Source: the human T2T-CHM13v2.0 reference genome, Homo sapiens. Taken from it: 64,000 nucleotides of DNA. Every line of letters starts with the position of its first letter. The first letter of the stretch is position 1. This document shows, piece by piece, positions 13,786 through 33,000 of this stretch. The translations under genes and the position numbers were made by a program. Below the pieces are notes generated by a model. That model was not told where the DNA came from, ran no database searches, and saw only the letters and a program-made list of their open reading frames with translations. The stretch lies in assembly GCF_009914755.1 (NCBI RefSeq), contig NC_060928.1. One strand, written 5' to 3'.

Positions 13786-15479
13786 ACATATTTTTCCTGC
13801 CCTCTTAGATTAGATTTTCACATTTGAAATATCTACTTGATATTTTCATTTAAGGTAAGTTTTTAATCTCTTCCTACACATAAAACACATATGCACACAC
13901 CGTTCCCACTCCAACCTCTAAGCCTGACCTTCAATTTTCCTATTCTTGTGGATTCTAATTTTCCCAGTCATCCAGTCTCTAGTTTTTCCAGCCTAAAAAT
14001 GAGTCAATTTATATTTTTCTGTTTTTAAATCTTATATTAATTTATTAAAATTCTGATAACTTATATTTTTCCTTGCTTTGAATTCTTCTCTTGCATGTCT
14101 TTATACTGATATAGTCAACTTAGATTCTTTGTCACTCCTAATTAATGCACAAGGAGGCAGTGATTTCTCCACTTCCAATTGTGTCCTCCCCATCTGCTTT
14201 GCACCAGGTTCTATCTACATTCTAATTCTCAGTCTCTCATTTGAAAACTTGTGCTAACTTCTCATTTTCATTAGACTCTTGGGGTGGATATAAGTCCTCC
14301 ACAATTTATCTTAATTTATTTTTCCAAAACTGCCTCCCAATACTTACCATCATAATCCCTTTATTTCAGCAGGCTGCTTTTCTTATTATTCAATATGCTA
14401 TCTTAAATCCTGCCTCTAAGCCTAAGTTCACACCATTTGCCCCACTTTATTCCACTTCAGTCATGCAATTTCATTCACTGCTCAGTTTCAATCACAGCAG
14501 GATAAGCAATTTAAGAAGTGGAATTAAAATGAAATTCAAGTCTCTGGCCAATTTCAAATTATGGTCAAATCGCCCTTCCTATGTGATGATTTAAACTGAA
14601 AAATGTTCTTTTAGTTTAGGATTTTTTTTTAGTCCCAAAAGGAAGATTTTATTAGAGCCAAAGGCAGTTTATGTGTTTTAATAGTAATAAAATCCACATA
14701 GCTGTTACCTGGTTAACAGCTTCATAGATAATAGAATTTTGTAGGAATATTCAGAATTAAAATGATATTAAATTAAAGCACTATAGTTATTTCCTATTAT
14801 CTGAGTAAGATATGGAATGTTCTGATGGAATTAAGTATTAGAGCTTATAATTTTAATTGAAGTATTTTCATGGATAATATTCAATCTGCTATTTCAGTAT
14901 GAAAAAAGTTTGCATATTTGAGAATGATTGACATGCAAGTTTCTTCTACTCATTCAGTTGGATAAAAAATCGCTGCTCATTCACAACTAAAAAATAATCT
15001 TTCACTTAGATCTCACTTTGTCAAGTGATGCACATTCGTAAAAATGCTTCAGTACATTGAAGAGGTTAGCCACATGAGGTGATCTGTTAGAAAACGCTGA
15101 GAAATAACTTTTAAAATGGAGCACCTCACCTGTAATCACAGTAAACTTTTTCCTGGTAATTTTATTAATTTCAACATCTACTCTTGTCCAGATAGCAATG
15201 AAATATGTAGGACTGCTAGGAAGATTCCCTAAAATTTGTATTCATTATACAAAGTTAGATTGAACATGAGAAGTAATTAGTTCAGCATGCATTGAATGAA
15301 AATATATTAAAAATGAAAAGCATTTAAAAATGAAGATCTTTTAGTAATAAAGTGTATGTGGAATTTCATATTATTCATCAGAATATTTCCTGCCCAGGAG
15401 AGATTTATAGTTCCCTTCGCCATTAAAAAGATTTTTCTATAGAAAAGATGTACCCCTTTTCTATAGAAAAATTGTCTTG

Positions 15480-15765
15480 TTAAATTTGGGAGTGGCCATG
15501 TGACTTGCATTGGCTGAAAAAATGTTGGTAGGTAATATGTTTCAGTTTTATAAAGCTTTAAGAGCTTATGATTCACAACCTCCTTCTTTTCCTTCTGCCA
15601 TGAGACTCCCAGATGAGAGCAGTTTCATCAACATCGAGTTGGAATGCAGATAACATGGGAAAGAACTGAAGCAGATCCTTAAAGGACTTAAAACATGAGA
15701 AAGAAACTCACTTTGTAGGACATTGAGATTTTTCAAGTTGTTTGTTACTACAACATAACCTAGAC
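15480..15765 (+). mobile_element. MaLR LTR (MLT1I/J-like)
   Basis: gtggccatgtgacttgc... and the 3' motif tttgttactacaacataacctag. Confidence 0.65.
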
Positions 15766-16054
15766 CAGGATTCCCCAACCCCAAGGCCAGGACCAGTACC
15801 AGTCCATTCTGTGTGTGGCTTGTTAGGAACTTGGCTGCACAGCATGGGCATTAGATTCTTGTAAGAGGGCGACCCCTGTTGTGAACTGCACATGTGAGGG
15901 ATCTAGGTTGAGCATTCTTTATGAGAATCTAATGCCTAATGATCTGAGGTGGTAGTTTTATCCTGAAATTATCCTCCCAACCCCCCCACCACCCCATGGA
16001 AAAAGTGTTTTCCACAAAACTCATCCCTGGTGCCAAAAAGTCTGGGGACCACTG
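15766..16054 (+). mobile_element. MER1B hAT-Charlie DNA transposon
   Basis: TIR-like ends caggattccccaa / ctggggaccactg; characteristic gtgaactgcacatgtgagggatctagg...gagaatctaatgcc. Confidence 0.85.
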
Positions 16055-16369
16055 TCTTGGCCCTAACAAATAAAATGTGTCTTAATCATTTAATTATTTT
16101 TTAAAAACTAAAATATATTAATTAGTGGGATTTGTATCTAATTTACATATTATGCAGATACAAGAGTTGAATGATTTCACATTTTCAATTTTATTCCAAT
16201 AATATTTGATAAAACCTTTATTCATTTAATTTTCCCATGGATAATATATGTATAAATATAAGATGATACACAATGAAAAGTCTTCCTCCTTTCCTGCTGG
16301 TTCCTTTCTTCATTCCTTCCTTTTAACCATGAAAATTGTTGTCATTAGATGCTTACATATCTTTTCAGA

Positions 16370-17183
<814 letters not shown>

Positions 17184-17189
17184 CAAGTA

Positions 17190-17730
17190 ACCTTTTCAAG
17201 TAAACCCAGATATCAATACTTATTTTTTCTCTATTTTTACACAAAAGGCAACACATTATATGATTTGTCCTGAACATAATTTTGTATTTACAATATATCT
17301 TGGAGGACTTTCCATATGGCTACTCATGATTTCATTAATTCACATTTCATTCGTATATGGATATAATCATAATTTATCACAGGCTTCTCTTTTTGATGGA
17401 CATTCAGGTAATTTTAGTCTTTGGCCACTATAAATAATGCTGTAACAAATAAACTTATTTCATTTTTCATATGTACAACCACATGTGAAGATTAAATTCC
17501 CAGAAGCAGAATTGCTTGGTCAAAAGTATGTGTGTGTTTGAAATTTAGTAGATATTGCCAAATATCTAATCACAGGAATTGTAGCAATTTATACTCCCAT
17601 CAACAATGCATTAAAGTATCTGACTCTCCAACTGCCTTGCCAATAGAGTATGTTACCAAATTTAGGGATTTTTACAAATTTCATAGGTAAATAATAGCAC
17701 CTCAGTGTAGCTTCAATTTGCATCATTCTA
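17190..17730 (-). mobile_element. L1ME 3' remnant
   Basis: ttttgatggacattcagg, aaattcccagaagcagaattgct, atactcccatcaacaatg. Confidence 0.7.
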
Positions 17731-19337
17731 ACCAAAATTGCGTATAACTACCAATAATGTAATTAATCCTTTTTATTCATTGGTACCCTAGACACCTGCT
17801 TGAATCAGGTTTGGCTCCAATTAATTTCTCCTTCCTTTCATTAGTTGTTATTTGGAATACCTCTCTGTGATTCTAATTTCTAATTTCCATTTCTACAGTA
17901 TTTTATTTTCTTTGGCGTAGTGCTTTGTTGACTAACTAGAATATAAATACTTTTATAGAGGAGTAATTTACAACAAATCCGTTTTCCATAAAATAAAGTT
18001 AATAAATCCATTGGTATATTTTCTAATAAGGTTTCTAAACATGAAAAGCCTGAGTGTCAGAATTATACCTGGAATGAAGATGGAGAAAGGAATATAGAAA
18101 ACATGCTTGATAGTACCAAGAGAAACCTCTGCCCCAGGAAAACTGTTAGTAGAACTGGGTCTATTTAATATTCAACCAACCTCATACTTAGTTCTATCTT
18201 GAATTGAAATCTGTCTCTTCTCTCTTTCTCCCTCCCTCCTTCTAATTGACAAAACAATGTCACTCACACAAAATGAGGAAACACAGAGACAATTAATTGG
18301 GAGCTTAGTTGAATGTAGCCTTTCCTGGGGAAACATATCTAGTGTAAGAACGGGAGAAAATGAAATGGCATTTATAATCAGTAGGTGTGGAACTGACTTT
18401 CTCTTTGTAAGTTGTACCATGGTTTTATTATCATGTGCTCAAAGATCCTAGTTTCTTATTCATTTGTCAATAATTCCTGACTGACAGTGTTAGAACACAT
18501 AACAAACCAGTCCATTCTATTCTGCAAGAATAATTATTCATCAAATTGAATTATGAACAGAATTTTTTCTAAAGAAGCAGTCCTACATTTTCTGCATAGC
18601 TGTTACACAGTAAATATTTAGAGAATTGAAATCTCCCATGAGCAATGTTCTGACTTTTCCAGACCTTTTCTGATCTATACAAATATTTTACAATTTGATT
18701 TCACTAATGGTTTTTACAAATCAATAGGAAATCAGAAGAATTTTATTCCTTTTTTCAATGTTGAATTTTATCTGGATAGCAAAGATATTCTGTCACAGTA
18801 GGATTATTTTCATAATTAAATGAAAGTGAAAATATAAATCACTAGGAAAACTAAGGTGTTTTTAAAATCATTGTACTTTTGTGCTTTCTCATAGTACTTG
18901 GAATTAACATAAAAATACTCAGGGATAAAAAGAAAGTATTGTGAACAAATCACACAAAACAAAAAATGTTTTGTAACAGTCTTTATCCAAGTTTTCTTTC
19001 AAAACATTTTTGAAAACCTCTCTCATCTTAAAAATCATTTTGAGAATAATTCTAATTTATATGAAATTTAAAAGATTATTCCATAATAAAAAGTTCTTCT
19101 TAGATTTTGTTTACACTTAATTAAAAATACAACATTGCTTTGAATATTATGCTAAGATAATAGCATGATATTGTTTGGCTGTTGCGGCTGCAGTTTATTT
19201 GCTAACTGAATTTGAGTGTGATAAATCATAGTCAAAGATGGCAAAATTTATACTTAGGTTGCTTAAGGCTCTAAGGTTAGTGAATTGAAGCAATTATACA
19301 TTAACATATCTATTTCATACAAGTTTTAGAGCATTTG

Positions 19338-20805
19338 ATTTTTAATAGAGTTTAGTTTTAGCACAGCTCTAGATTCATAGCAAAACTGAATAGAAAATAC
19401 AGAGTTCTCATATATCCCCAGTCTCCACACATGCGTAGCTTCTCCCACTATCAGCATACCATACCAGAATCACATATTTATTATAAAGGATGAACTCACA
19501 TTGACACATCATTAGCATTGAAAGTCTGTAGTTTACACAGGGAGTCTCGTTTGAGTTTGTACATTCTATGGATTTTGACAAACATGTAATGGCAAGTATC
19601 CACCATTATTGTGTCATACAGAAAGGTTTCATTGCCCTAAAAGTATTCTGTGCTCTGCCTATTCACACCTTCTTCCCTTCAACCCCCGGCAACCACTGAT
19701 CTTTTTACTGTCTCCTTAGTTTTGTCTTTTTCAGAATATCATATAGCTGGAATCATACAGTTATAGCCTTTCCAGATTGTCCACTTTTACCTAGTAATAT
19801 GCACTTAACTTTGTTCCCTGTCTATTTACACTTTGATAGCTCATTTCTTTTTAGCACTGAATAATATTCCATTCTGGATATACTACAGCTTATTTATCCA
19901 TTCACCTCCTAGAGGACATCTTGGTTGCTTCTGAGTTTTGAAAACTATGAATAAGGTTGCTGTGAGCATTCCTAAGCCTGTATTTGTGTGGATATAAGTT
20001 TCTACTCCTTTGGACAAATACTAAGGAACACTCATACAGTATCATATGGTAAGATTACGTTTAGTTTTGCAAGAAACTGCCAAGCTGTCTTCCATAGTGG
20101 CTGGCTTATTTTCATTTCCATCAGCAATGAATGAGTATTTCTTGTTTCACATCTTCACCAGAACTTGGGGTTGTCAGTGTTCTGAATTTTGGCAATTGTA
20201 ACAAATGTTTAGTGGTATCTCGTTGTGGTTTAATTTCCATTTCCTTGATGACATATGATGTGAAGGATCTTTTTATCACCTAATTGATACATGTACATTT
20301 TCTTTGATAAGGGGTTTAAGACCTTTGGCCCATTTTTTAGTCAGGTTGTTTTCTTATTGTTGAATTTTAAAAGACTTTTTGTTATTTTGGATAATAATCA
20401 ATGTGCAATATGACTCTGACAAGTATTTTCTCCCAGTTAGTAGCTTGCCTTCTTATTCACTTGACAGTGTCTTTTGCAGAGTAAATGTTTATAATACTAG
20501 TAAAGTCTAGTTATCAATTTTTTTCTTTCATGGATGGTGACTTTTGTATTGTATCCAAAAAGTAATTGTGAAAACCTAGGTCATCCAGATTTTTCTCCCA
20601 TGTTATGTTCTAGTTTTATAGTTTTACATTTTACATTAAGCTTATGATATATTTTGAATTAGTTTTTGTGAAAGTTGTAGATTTGTATTTAGATTCTTGT
20701 ATCTGGATATCCAGCTGTTTCAGTAGTATTTGTTGAAAAGACCCTCTTTTCTCCAGTGTATTGTCTTTGCTCTTTGTCAAAGAACAGTATACTATATTTC
20801 TCTGG
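19338..20805 (-). mobile_element. L1MC-type 3' end
   Basis: Long 3'UTR (cccggcaaccactgatctttttactgtc) and ORF2 C-terminal sequence. Confidence 0.8.
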
Positions 20806-20835
20806 GCCTTTTAGATAATTTGATTTTTATTATAA

Positions 20836-21174
<339 letters not shown>

Positions 21175-24008
21175 AGGTGTTGGCTTTTTTTATCTGACTT
21201 TCTTAATTATAGAAGAGAATTGTTTGGCCTAGAGATTTTCTGTTATTATTCTCATTCATATTTTGGAAGTTAATTTATAATAAACGTTAACAATTTAATG
21301 TTACAATGCTTTGATTGGTGACCAATGATTTCAAGAGTATCAATCACACTTGCATTAAGGGCTTCAGTATTTCTAATATAACTGATTCCATAAAGTCTCT
21401 GATAAAGGAGAGGGAAGTGAGGGTCACAGATCTCAATAGAATATGCCTGGCTCCGTCCTTTCTAGTCACTGTCCTACCTCTGGATTCTGTTTTTTCTGAT
21501 CACAGTATGTGAATTTCAACTCTTTATTAATCTTGCCTTTGAAAAATAGCAATTCTGTTTACTTCTCTTGCTTTATCTTTGAATTGCTAATTATCTCCAA
21601 GGCAACCAAGGCCTTTAGATTAAAACAAATTATGTAGAGAATGCATGAAAAAGAAAGTCGCGTGTATACAGGTATCCGTCTTACACAGCTCATATTCCAT
21701 TTCAGTGACTTCTACTCTGGAACTTTGCTTTGTCTCAAACTTCTCCACTTGTGAAATCTAAATATCCCAATATCTGACAGCATCCTTGTACATAAAGTAT
21801 GTCTTATATATACAACCTTTTGTTTGTCTTTATTCTGTCTGATGGTTTGTCTTTAAATTGGAAGGTTCAGTATATTTAGATCCAATGTAATTATTGATGT
21901 GGGTGGTCTACCATATTACTCTGTTTTATTTTTTGTACTATTGTTCCTTTGTTCATTGATTTCTCTTTCTTAATGAGAACAGTGCATGGTTCCTAGTTGG
22001 CATTCAACACTTCTTCATTCCCATTTTGAAATAATCACTAATTCTGTCCAATATAACTCTTTAATAGTTATACACTAGGTTACTTCTTTCCATTACTATT
22101 ATCACATTTTTGTTCAATTTGTGGTTTATGCCTGGTTTACTAGAATAGACATCTCACTTCCTGCATCTATCACTGCCTGAATTCAATATATTATAAGTAG
22201 AATGATCTTTTTGAAATTTGAATTTGTCAGCATATGATGTAACTATTCAATGGCTTTGCCACTACAATTTTGGAAATACTTGAATTACTTAAGTATAGCT
22301 CAAAAGCTCATCTTCCTCCCATAATCTCTCTATACACTATGCAATAAATATACTGAACTATATGATATTCTCCAAATACCTCATATTATTTCAATTTTGA
22401 GCCTGTAGATACCTTAATTTTCCTTGTAAACAAAGAAAAAACAAAAACAAACACCAAAAAAGTTATTCTATGTAACATTCCCCAAATCCACTTCCAAAAC
22501 ATAGCTGATCATTTCTCTTTGTTCCAAACCCTTTATTTCCACAGATATCTATGTTAACATGCTTGGTTTAATCTCAATGGCTTGTCTGTTCTTTTTCTAA
22601 ATAATGGAGTTCTTCAGGGCTTGGAAACAAATTTTATAAGTGAAACACTTGAAACATAATAGGTATTATGTAAATGTTGTTGTTATTTCATGTCTATAAC
22701 AAAAGCACAGCACCTAACAGACAGGAGGGTCATATTTTCATGTTAAATAAATGTTCCTATGCATGCTTGAATTAGTAAAGGAAATAATGAGTGTATGAAT
22801 GTATAAACTAAAATATGAAAATATGCTAGAAAAAAGAAGACTGAAGCAGATGGTAAATAATATTTTACTTCATCATTTGGAGTCTCAGAGGCTATATTAA
22901 TGTCAGCGTGTTCTCATGGGAATCTTTTATACTTTTCATAGTTTATGTTGAGAATGTCTTCAACAGTCTAGAGTTAGAAAGCATCATAGAGCTCATGATT
23001 GATTTTGGAGAAACAATGGCAGTTATATGGAACTGAAGGATTATTAAGAACATATGCCAGTTAAATATAAAATGAAATACACTTGGCTGAATATATTAAA
23101 GTAATGTTTTTCTTAACAAAACAGATAACAAAAAAAAGGTGAACTACACATTCATTTAGTACCTACATACATACATACATACATAGTTTCCCTCATGATA
23201 CAGTTATTAGACTTTTTTGTTGTTTTTGATGGGCTTATTTTTGATCTTTGCAAATCCATGAGCAGATGGGATTTTACTCATATTTTAGAACTTAATTGTT
23301 GAATGTGAGCACAATTTAGAATCTGTAAACATGATTTTTCAGTCTAGGCCCGTACATATCTAAAATCAAAATTATCTTCCTCATTTTTGTCATTAAAGAC
23401 AAATTAAAATAAATTAAAAATTTAATTTATCTAACAGACTTGACAAGTAGTTTCTTATTTTCCAGATCAAAATATTTATGGAAATTCAAAGTTATAGACA
23501 TATTTATCTCTCCTTAAATTTTGAAGGAATTATAGGTTTCTATTCTATGATCAAAAAAGAAGACATTATAAAGAAAAAAGTTTGTGCTGAAGTAGATGCC
23601 CCAAACTAATGGAAAATTGAAGGAGCTAGACTATGAAGTCCCCCAAATAGTTTAAATCCCACTTCTGATCTATGCCACTCAATAGCTATGTTACACAGAA
23701 ACAAATGTGGCACTTCTCTGGGCTTTGGTTTCCTTACTTTGAAAGTCATCATAAAGCTATGAACTTGTTAAGATTATATATTTTATCACAGGATAACTGA
23801 GACTAGTAGTCTAGAAGCTTCATAAGAACAGAGATAATGCCTCTCACTTGCTGCTATAAGTCCAACACTCAGCACATAAACAGTGCTCAATAAATACTTA
23901 ATAAACAATAAATCTGGAGTGTTTAGTGAAGACTGGTACGTAAAGTGATGAAAATATTTGTAGGTACTCGGTATTAGTACATATTGTCCTCTTAATCTGA
24001 ACTGGCCC

Positions 24009-24159
24009 TGTAGGGGAGAAAAAAGCAGTATTTTTCTTTCTCCCTCATCATTAGGTTCATGGCTGAGATCCCTATAACAGAAGATAGATTAACAAGAAAA
24101 AGCATACCGTTTATTTGATAGAAGTCTTACATGTCGTGAGGGCCTTCAGAAATGAGGAC
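24009..24159 (-). mobile_element. MER34/MER39-type LTR 3' fragment
   Basis: Its reverse complement aligns with the 3' end of the LTR at 24288-30908 (...gaacctaatgatg...tcccctaca). Confidence 0.7.
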
Positions 24160-24926
24160 GCAGTGTTAACTGTTTAACTGAACTGAACTATTTCTGGGAC
24201 TGAGAAACTGGTTCTATGGCTTTTGGAACAATCTACAACCCAGTTTCTTCTTTGCAAAACTTCTTTGAGAAGTTCCAGACAGTGGAATGATGGGGCTCAG
24301 GACATGCCACCCCAAAATACGCCAGCTTGGCATCTGAGGTAACAGGAGAAGCAAAAAGTTCACACTCACCTTCCACTTGCCTTTCTACTCTGAAGCAGGC
24401 TAAAAGCAGGCCAACCTTTTGACCTTTCCCTAAAAGAGATCATAAGACCTTAATTCTAAAGGGGTTCTGTTTATACTTACAAGAAAAAAATGTCACACAG
24501 AGATGCCACGAAGAATTTAAACAAAAAGGCCTTTTAAAGTTGCCCTTGGCTCACTATGATTAGACCACGTATTTCTACCTCCAATTACACTTCTGCACAG
24601 CTGTCCATGAAGATAGTTTTCTCTGTTTCTTTGGGTCTTCATTTGTGAAGGCTCTCACATAAAACTTCTATTAAATAAATTTATATGTTTTTCCCTTGTT
24701 AATTTGTGTTTCTTTTATTATTATTATACTTTAAGTTCTAGGGTACACGGGCACAACGTGCAGGCCTGTTACGGATGTATACATGTGCCATGTTGGTGTG
24801 CTGCACCCATTAACTTGTCATTTACATTAGGTATATCTCCTAATGCTATCCCTCCCCCTGCCCCCCACCCCACAACAGGCCCCAGTGTGTGATGTTCCCC
24901 TTCCTGTGTCCAAGTGTTCTCATTGT

Positions 24927-28717
<3,791 letters not shown>

Positions 28718-28780
28718 TATGATGTTAGCTGGTTTTTTTGCTTATTAGTTGATGCAGTTTCTTCCTAGCATCGATGGTCT

Positions 28781-29805
28781 TTACAATTTGGCATGTTTTT
28801 GCAGTGGCTGGTACCAGTTGTTCCTTTCCATGTTTACTGCTTCCTTCAGGAGCTCTTGTAAGGCAGGCCTGGTGGTGACAAAATCTCTCAGCATTTGCTT
28901 GTCTGTAAAGTATTTTATTTCTCCTTCAGTTATGAAGCTTAGTTTGGCTGGATATGAAATTCTGGGTTGAAAATTCTTTTCTTTAAGAATGTTGAGTATT
29001 GGCCCCCACTGTCTTCTGGCTTGTAGAGTTTCTGCTGAGACATCCGCTGTTAGTGTGATGGGCTTCCCTTTGTGGGTAACCCGACCTTTCTCTCTGACTG
29101 CCCTTAACATTTTTTCCTTCATTTCAACTTTGGTGAATCTGACAATTATTTGTCTTGGAGTTGCTCTTCTCGAGGAGTATCTTTGTGGCGTTCTCTGCAC
29201 TTCCTGAATTTGAATGTTGGCCTCCCTTGCTAGGTGGGGAAGTTCTCCTGGATAATATCCTGCAGAGTGTTTTCCAACTTGGTTCCATTCTCCCCGTCAC
29301 TTTCAGGTACACCAATCAGACGTAGATTTGGTTTTTTCACATATTCCCATATTTCTTGGAGGCTTTGTTCATTTCTTTTTATTCTTTTTTCTCTAAACTT
29401 CTCTTCTCACTTTATTTCATTCATTTGATCTTCAATAACTGATACCCTTTCTTCCAGTTGATTGATTCAGCTACTGAAGCATGTGCATGTGTCACGTACT
29501 TCTCATGTCATGGTTTTCAGCTCCATCAGGTCATTTAAGGTCTTCTCTATGCTGCTTATTCTAGTTAGCCATTCGTCTAATCTTTTTTCAAGGTTTTTAG
29601 CTTCTTTGTGATGGGTTTGAACATCCTCCTTTAGCTCAGAGAAGTTTGTTATTACTGATCATCTGAAGCCTTTTTCTCTCAAATCGTCAAAGTCATTCTC
29701 TGTCCAGCTTTGTTCCATTGCTGGCAAGGAGCTGTGTTCCTTTGGAGGAGAAGAGGCGTTCTGATTTTTAGAATTTTCAGCTTTTCTGCTCTGGTTTCTC
29801 CCCAT
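28781..29805 (-). pseudogene. L1 ORF1p, disrupted
   Basis: MGRNQSRKAENSKNQ start; premature stop at 29659; C-terminus ...ERNNWYQPLQKHAKL. Confidence 0.9.
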
Positions 29806-30377
29806 CTTTGTGGTTTTATCTACCTTGGTCTTTGATGATGGTGACGTACAGATGGGGTTTTGGTGTGGGTGTCCTTTCTGTTTGTTAGTTTTCCTTCTAA
29901 CAGTCAGGACCCTCAGCTGCAGGTCTGTTGGAGTTTGCCGGAGGTCCACTCCAGACCCTGTTTGCCTGGGTATCAGCAGTGGTGGCTGCAGAACAGTGGA
30001 TATTGGTGAACTGCAAATGCTGCTGCCTGATCATTCCTCTGGAAGTTTTGTCTCAGAGGAGTACCCAGTGGTGTGAGGTGTCAGTCTGCCCCTACTTGGG
30101 GTGCCTCCCAGTTAGGCTACTCGGGGGTCAAGGACCCACTTGAGGAAGCAGTCTGTCCATTCTCAGATCTCAAACTCCGAGCTGGGAGAACCACTACTCT
30201 CTTCACAGCTGTCGGACAGGGATATTTAAGTCTGCAGAAGTTTCTGCTGCCTTTTGTTCAGCTATGCCCTGCCCCCAGAGGTGGAGTCTACAGAGGCAGT
30301 CAGGCCTCCTTGAGCTGTGGTGGGCTCCACCCAGTTCAACTTCCTGGCTGCTTTGTTTACCTACTCAAGCGTCAGCA

Positions 30378-30560
30378 ATGGTGGACGCCCCTCGTCCAGT
30401 CTTGCTGCCGCCTTGCAGTTCCATCTCAGACTGCTGTGCTAGCAATGAGGGAGGCTCCATGGGTGTGGGACCCTCCAAGCCACGCGTGGGATATAATCTC
30501 CTGATGAGCCATTCACTAAGACTGTTGGAAAAGCGCAGTATTAGGGTGGGAGTGACCTGA
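30378..30560 (+). CDS. L1 antisense ORF0 homolog, 60 aa, truncated by a premature stop
   Basis: MVDAPRPVLLPPCSSISDCCASNEGGSMGVGPSKPRVGYNLL...EKRSIRVGVT matches ORF0 (MAGAPPPASLPPCSLISDCCASN...); ATG context gcaATGg; no evidence of expression. Confidence 0.6.
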   Translation: MVDAPRPVLLPPCSSISDCCASNEGGSMGVGPSKPRVGYNLLMSHSLRLLEKRSIRVGVT

Positions 30561-32089
30561 TTTTCCAGGTGCCGTCTGTCACAGCTTCCCTTGGCTAGGA
30601 AAAGGAATTCCCTGACCCCTTGCACTTCCTGGGTGAGGTGATGCCTTACCCTGCTTCTGCTCATTCTCCATGGGCTGCACCCACTGTCCTGCACCCACTG
30701 TCCGACAAGCCCCAGTGAGATGAACCTGGTACCTCAGTTGGAAATGCAGAAATCACCCATCTTCTGCGTTACTTACACTGAGAGCTGTAGACTGGAGCTG
30801 TTCCTATTCAGCCATCTTGGAAACTCTCTAATTTGTCTTTTCTTAATAGAAGTCTGAGCTGTGAACCTAATGATGGGTGAGAAAATATGTTACTTTTTTT
30901 CCCCTACAGCCCTTCATGTTTTTCACTTTTTAATTTTCTTATAATTGTTTTTGGTTATTGTTGCTGAGGCTGATATCTTGCTAAAATTATTCATGTATTT
31001 GGATGTTACTAATCATTTTAATGGATAAGTATATTTTATTTATTTAATATTTCATATCTATTTGTAAATTATCTATTGTCACCAGATCTTCAACACAAAA
31101 TTCGATAGGATAAGTAAAAGCAACAGAAAAGGAGGTTTTCATGATATTTCATTGAAATTACTGGTTAGTGGCTCAACATAAAGCTACTTTTATCATCTTT
31201 CTATTTCTGCAAGCCATGTGACGCGTACAAGTCTGCAGGCAGATTATGACTCTATGTAAACGAAGACAAGAAAATTAAAACTGTGGGAGCTTTTTCACCC
31301 CATAAGGAGCTTAGTTTAAAGAAAAAATAAAGGGCTTTTCTTACTTGCATGTCACAGAGAAACAGGTTTAAATCACTACAGCAGTGTAATGTGAGGCATG
31401 TTTAGGAATTCAGCAAAGCATAAGAAGGAAAAGTCTTCACTGGTAAGTAGCAGGATTTAACTGACACAGCTGTCTTTTTAAAATTTCTAAATGCTTCCTT
31501 TGCCTTACACTGGAGTTCAGATCACTCAAAAATAAAAAAAAAAAAAAGCAGAAGAGAGATTTCTGTGACATGAATCCATAAGGATTAGGTTTAGATTCAA
31601 TTCCTTTAGCAAACATAGTTATTTGGCTTCATTTTGGTTTCTCTTGAAAAGGTATGACTTCTTTAAATTTGAAGGAAATGGACATGTATCATATTATTCT
31701 GGGATAGAAAAGATTAAAAACTGTATTGAACCTATTCGCCAACAGATTTTTGAATGGACTCTACAATAAAAGCTACAAAAAAGGTAGGACATATTTGCTT
31801 ACCTTTAATGAGGGCAAGCTCGTGACCTGTTAAGGAGACCCATTCCAGCACTGGACACTAACTTCTTAAAGAAGATAAAACTTATATTGAATTGAATTTG
31901 GCTCCCTAGAATTGCCAATCACTACTGAATTCTTCAATTTGTAGACATCTATCACAAATCTAATATTTTTCTCTATTACAGAGACATATTCATTTCACAA
32001 TACACAGTAGTATCTTGATTGTTAGCCTAAATTAACTTAACAGTTATTTCTGCCTGATCTTAAATGTTATATAATAGAAATATTATATA

Positions 32090-32594
<505 letters not shown>

Positions 32595-32769
32595 AAAAGA
32601 AATATTACTCTCCAGGGTTCTCTATAGTACACAGGTGAGTATAAGTGACAAAAATTGTATCTATAATGAATTCCCCTAATTAATTAGTATATTTTTAAAA
32701 GGCGGTGGTTTGATTTAACTTTCCAATTTATATTAACTTATGATGAATAGAAGCAAACACAGATTGATT

Positions 32770-33000
32770 ATTTTCAAGCAATGCTGTAGTACCTATGTAT
32801 GCCAGGCACTCTTCTAATAAGTTCGCAAAAATTTATTTATTTAATTCTTAAACCTACAAAGTAAATACTTTAATTATCCCTATTTTATGAAAGAAAAAAC
32901 TGAGAATTTGAGAATAAGGCATTGAAGATCATATAACTAGTAGAGTTGATATTTGATTGCAGGTAGATGGCCTCCAGAGCACTTTCTCTTAACTAAGCAA
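32770..33000 (-). mobile_element. MIR remnant
   Basis: acctatgtatgccaggcact...attatccctattttatgaaagaaaaaactgag. Confidence 0.55.

Noticed and set aside
13503-13813. K/E/R/G-rich ORFs
   Set aside because: Translations of the GGAAA microsatellite
14241-14594. 117-aa ORF
   Set aside because: TTG start, no recognisable domain, AT-rich decayed-repeat context
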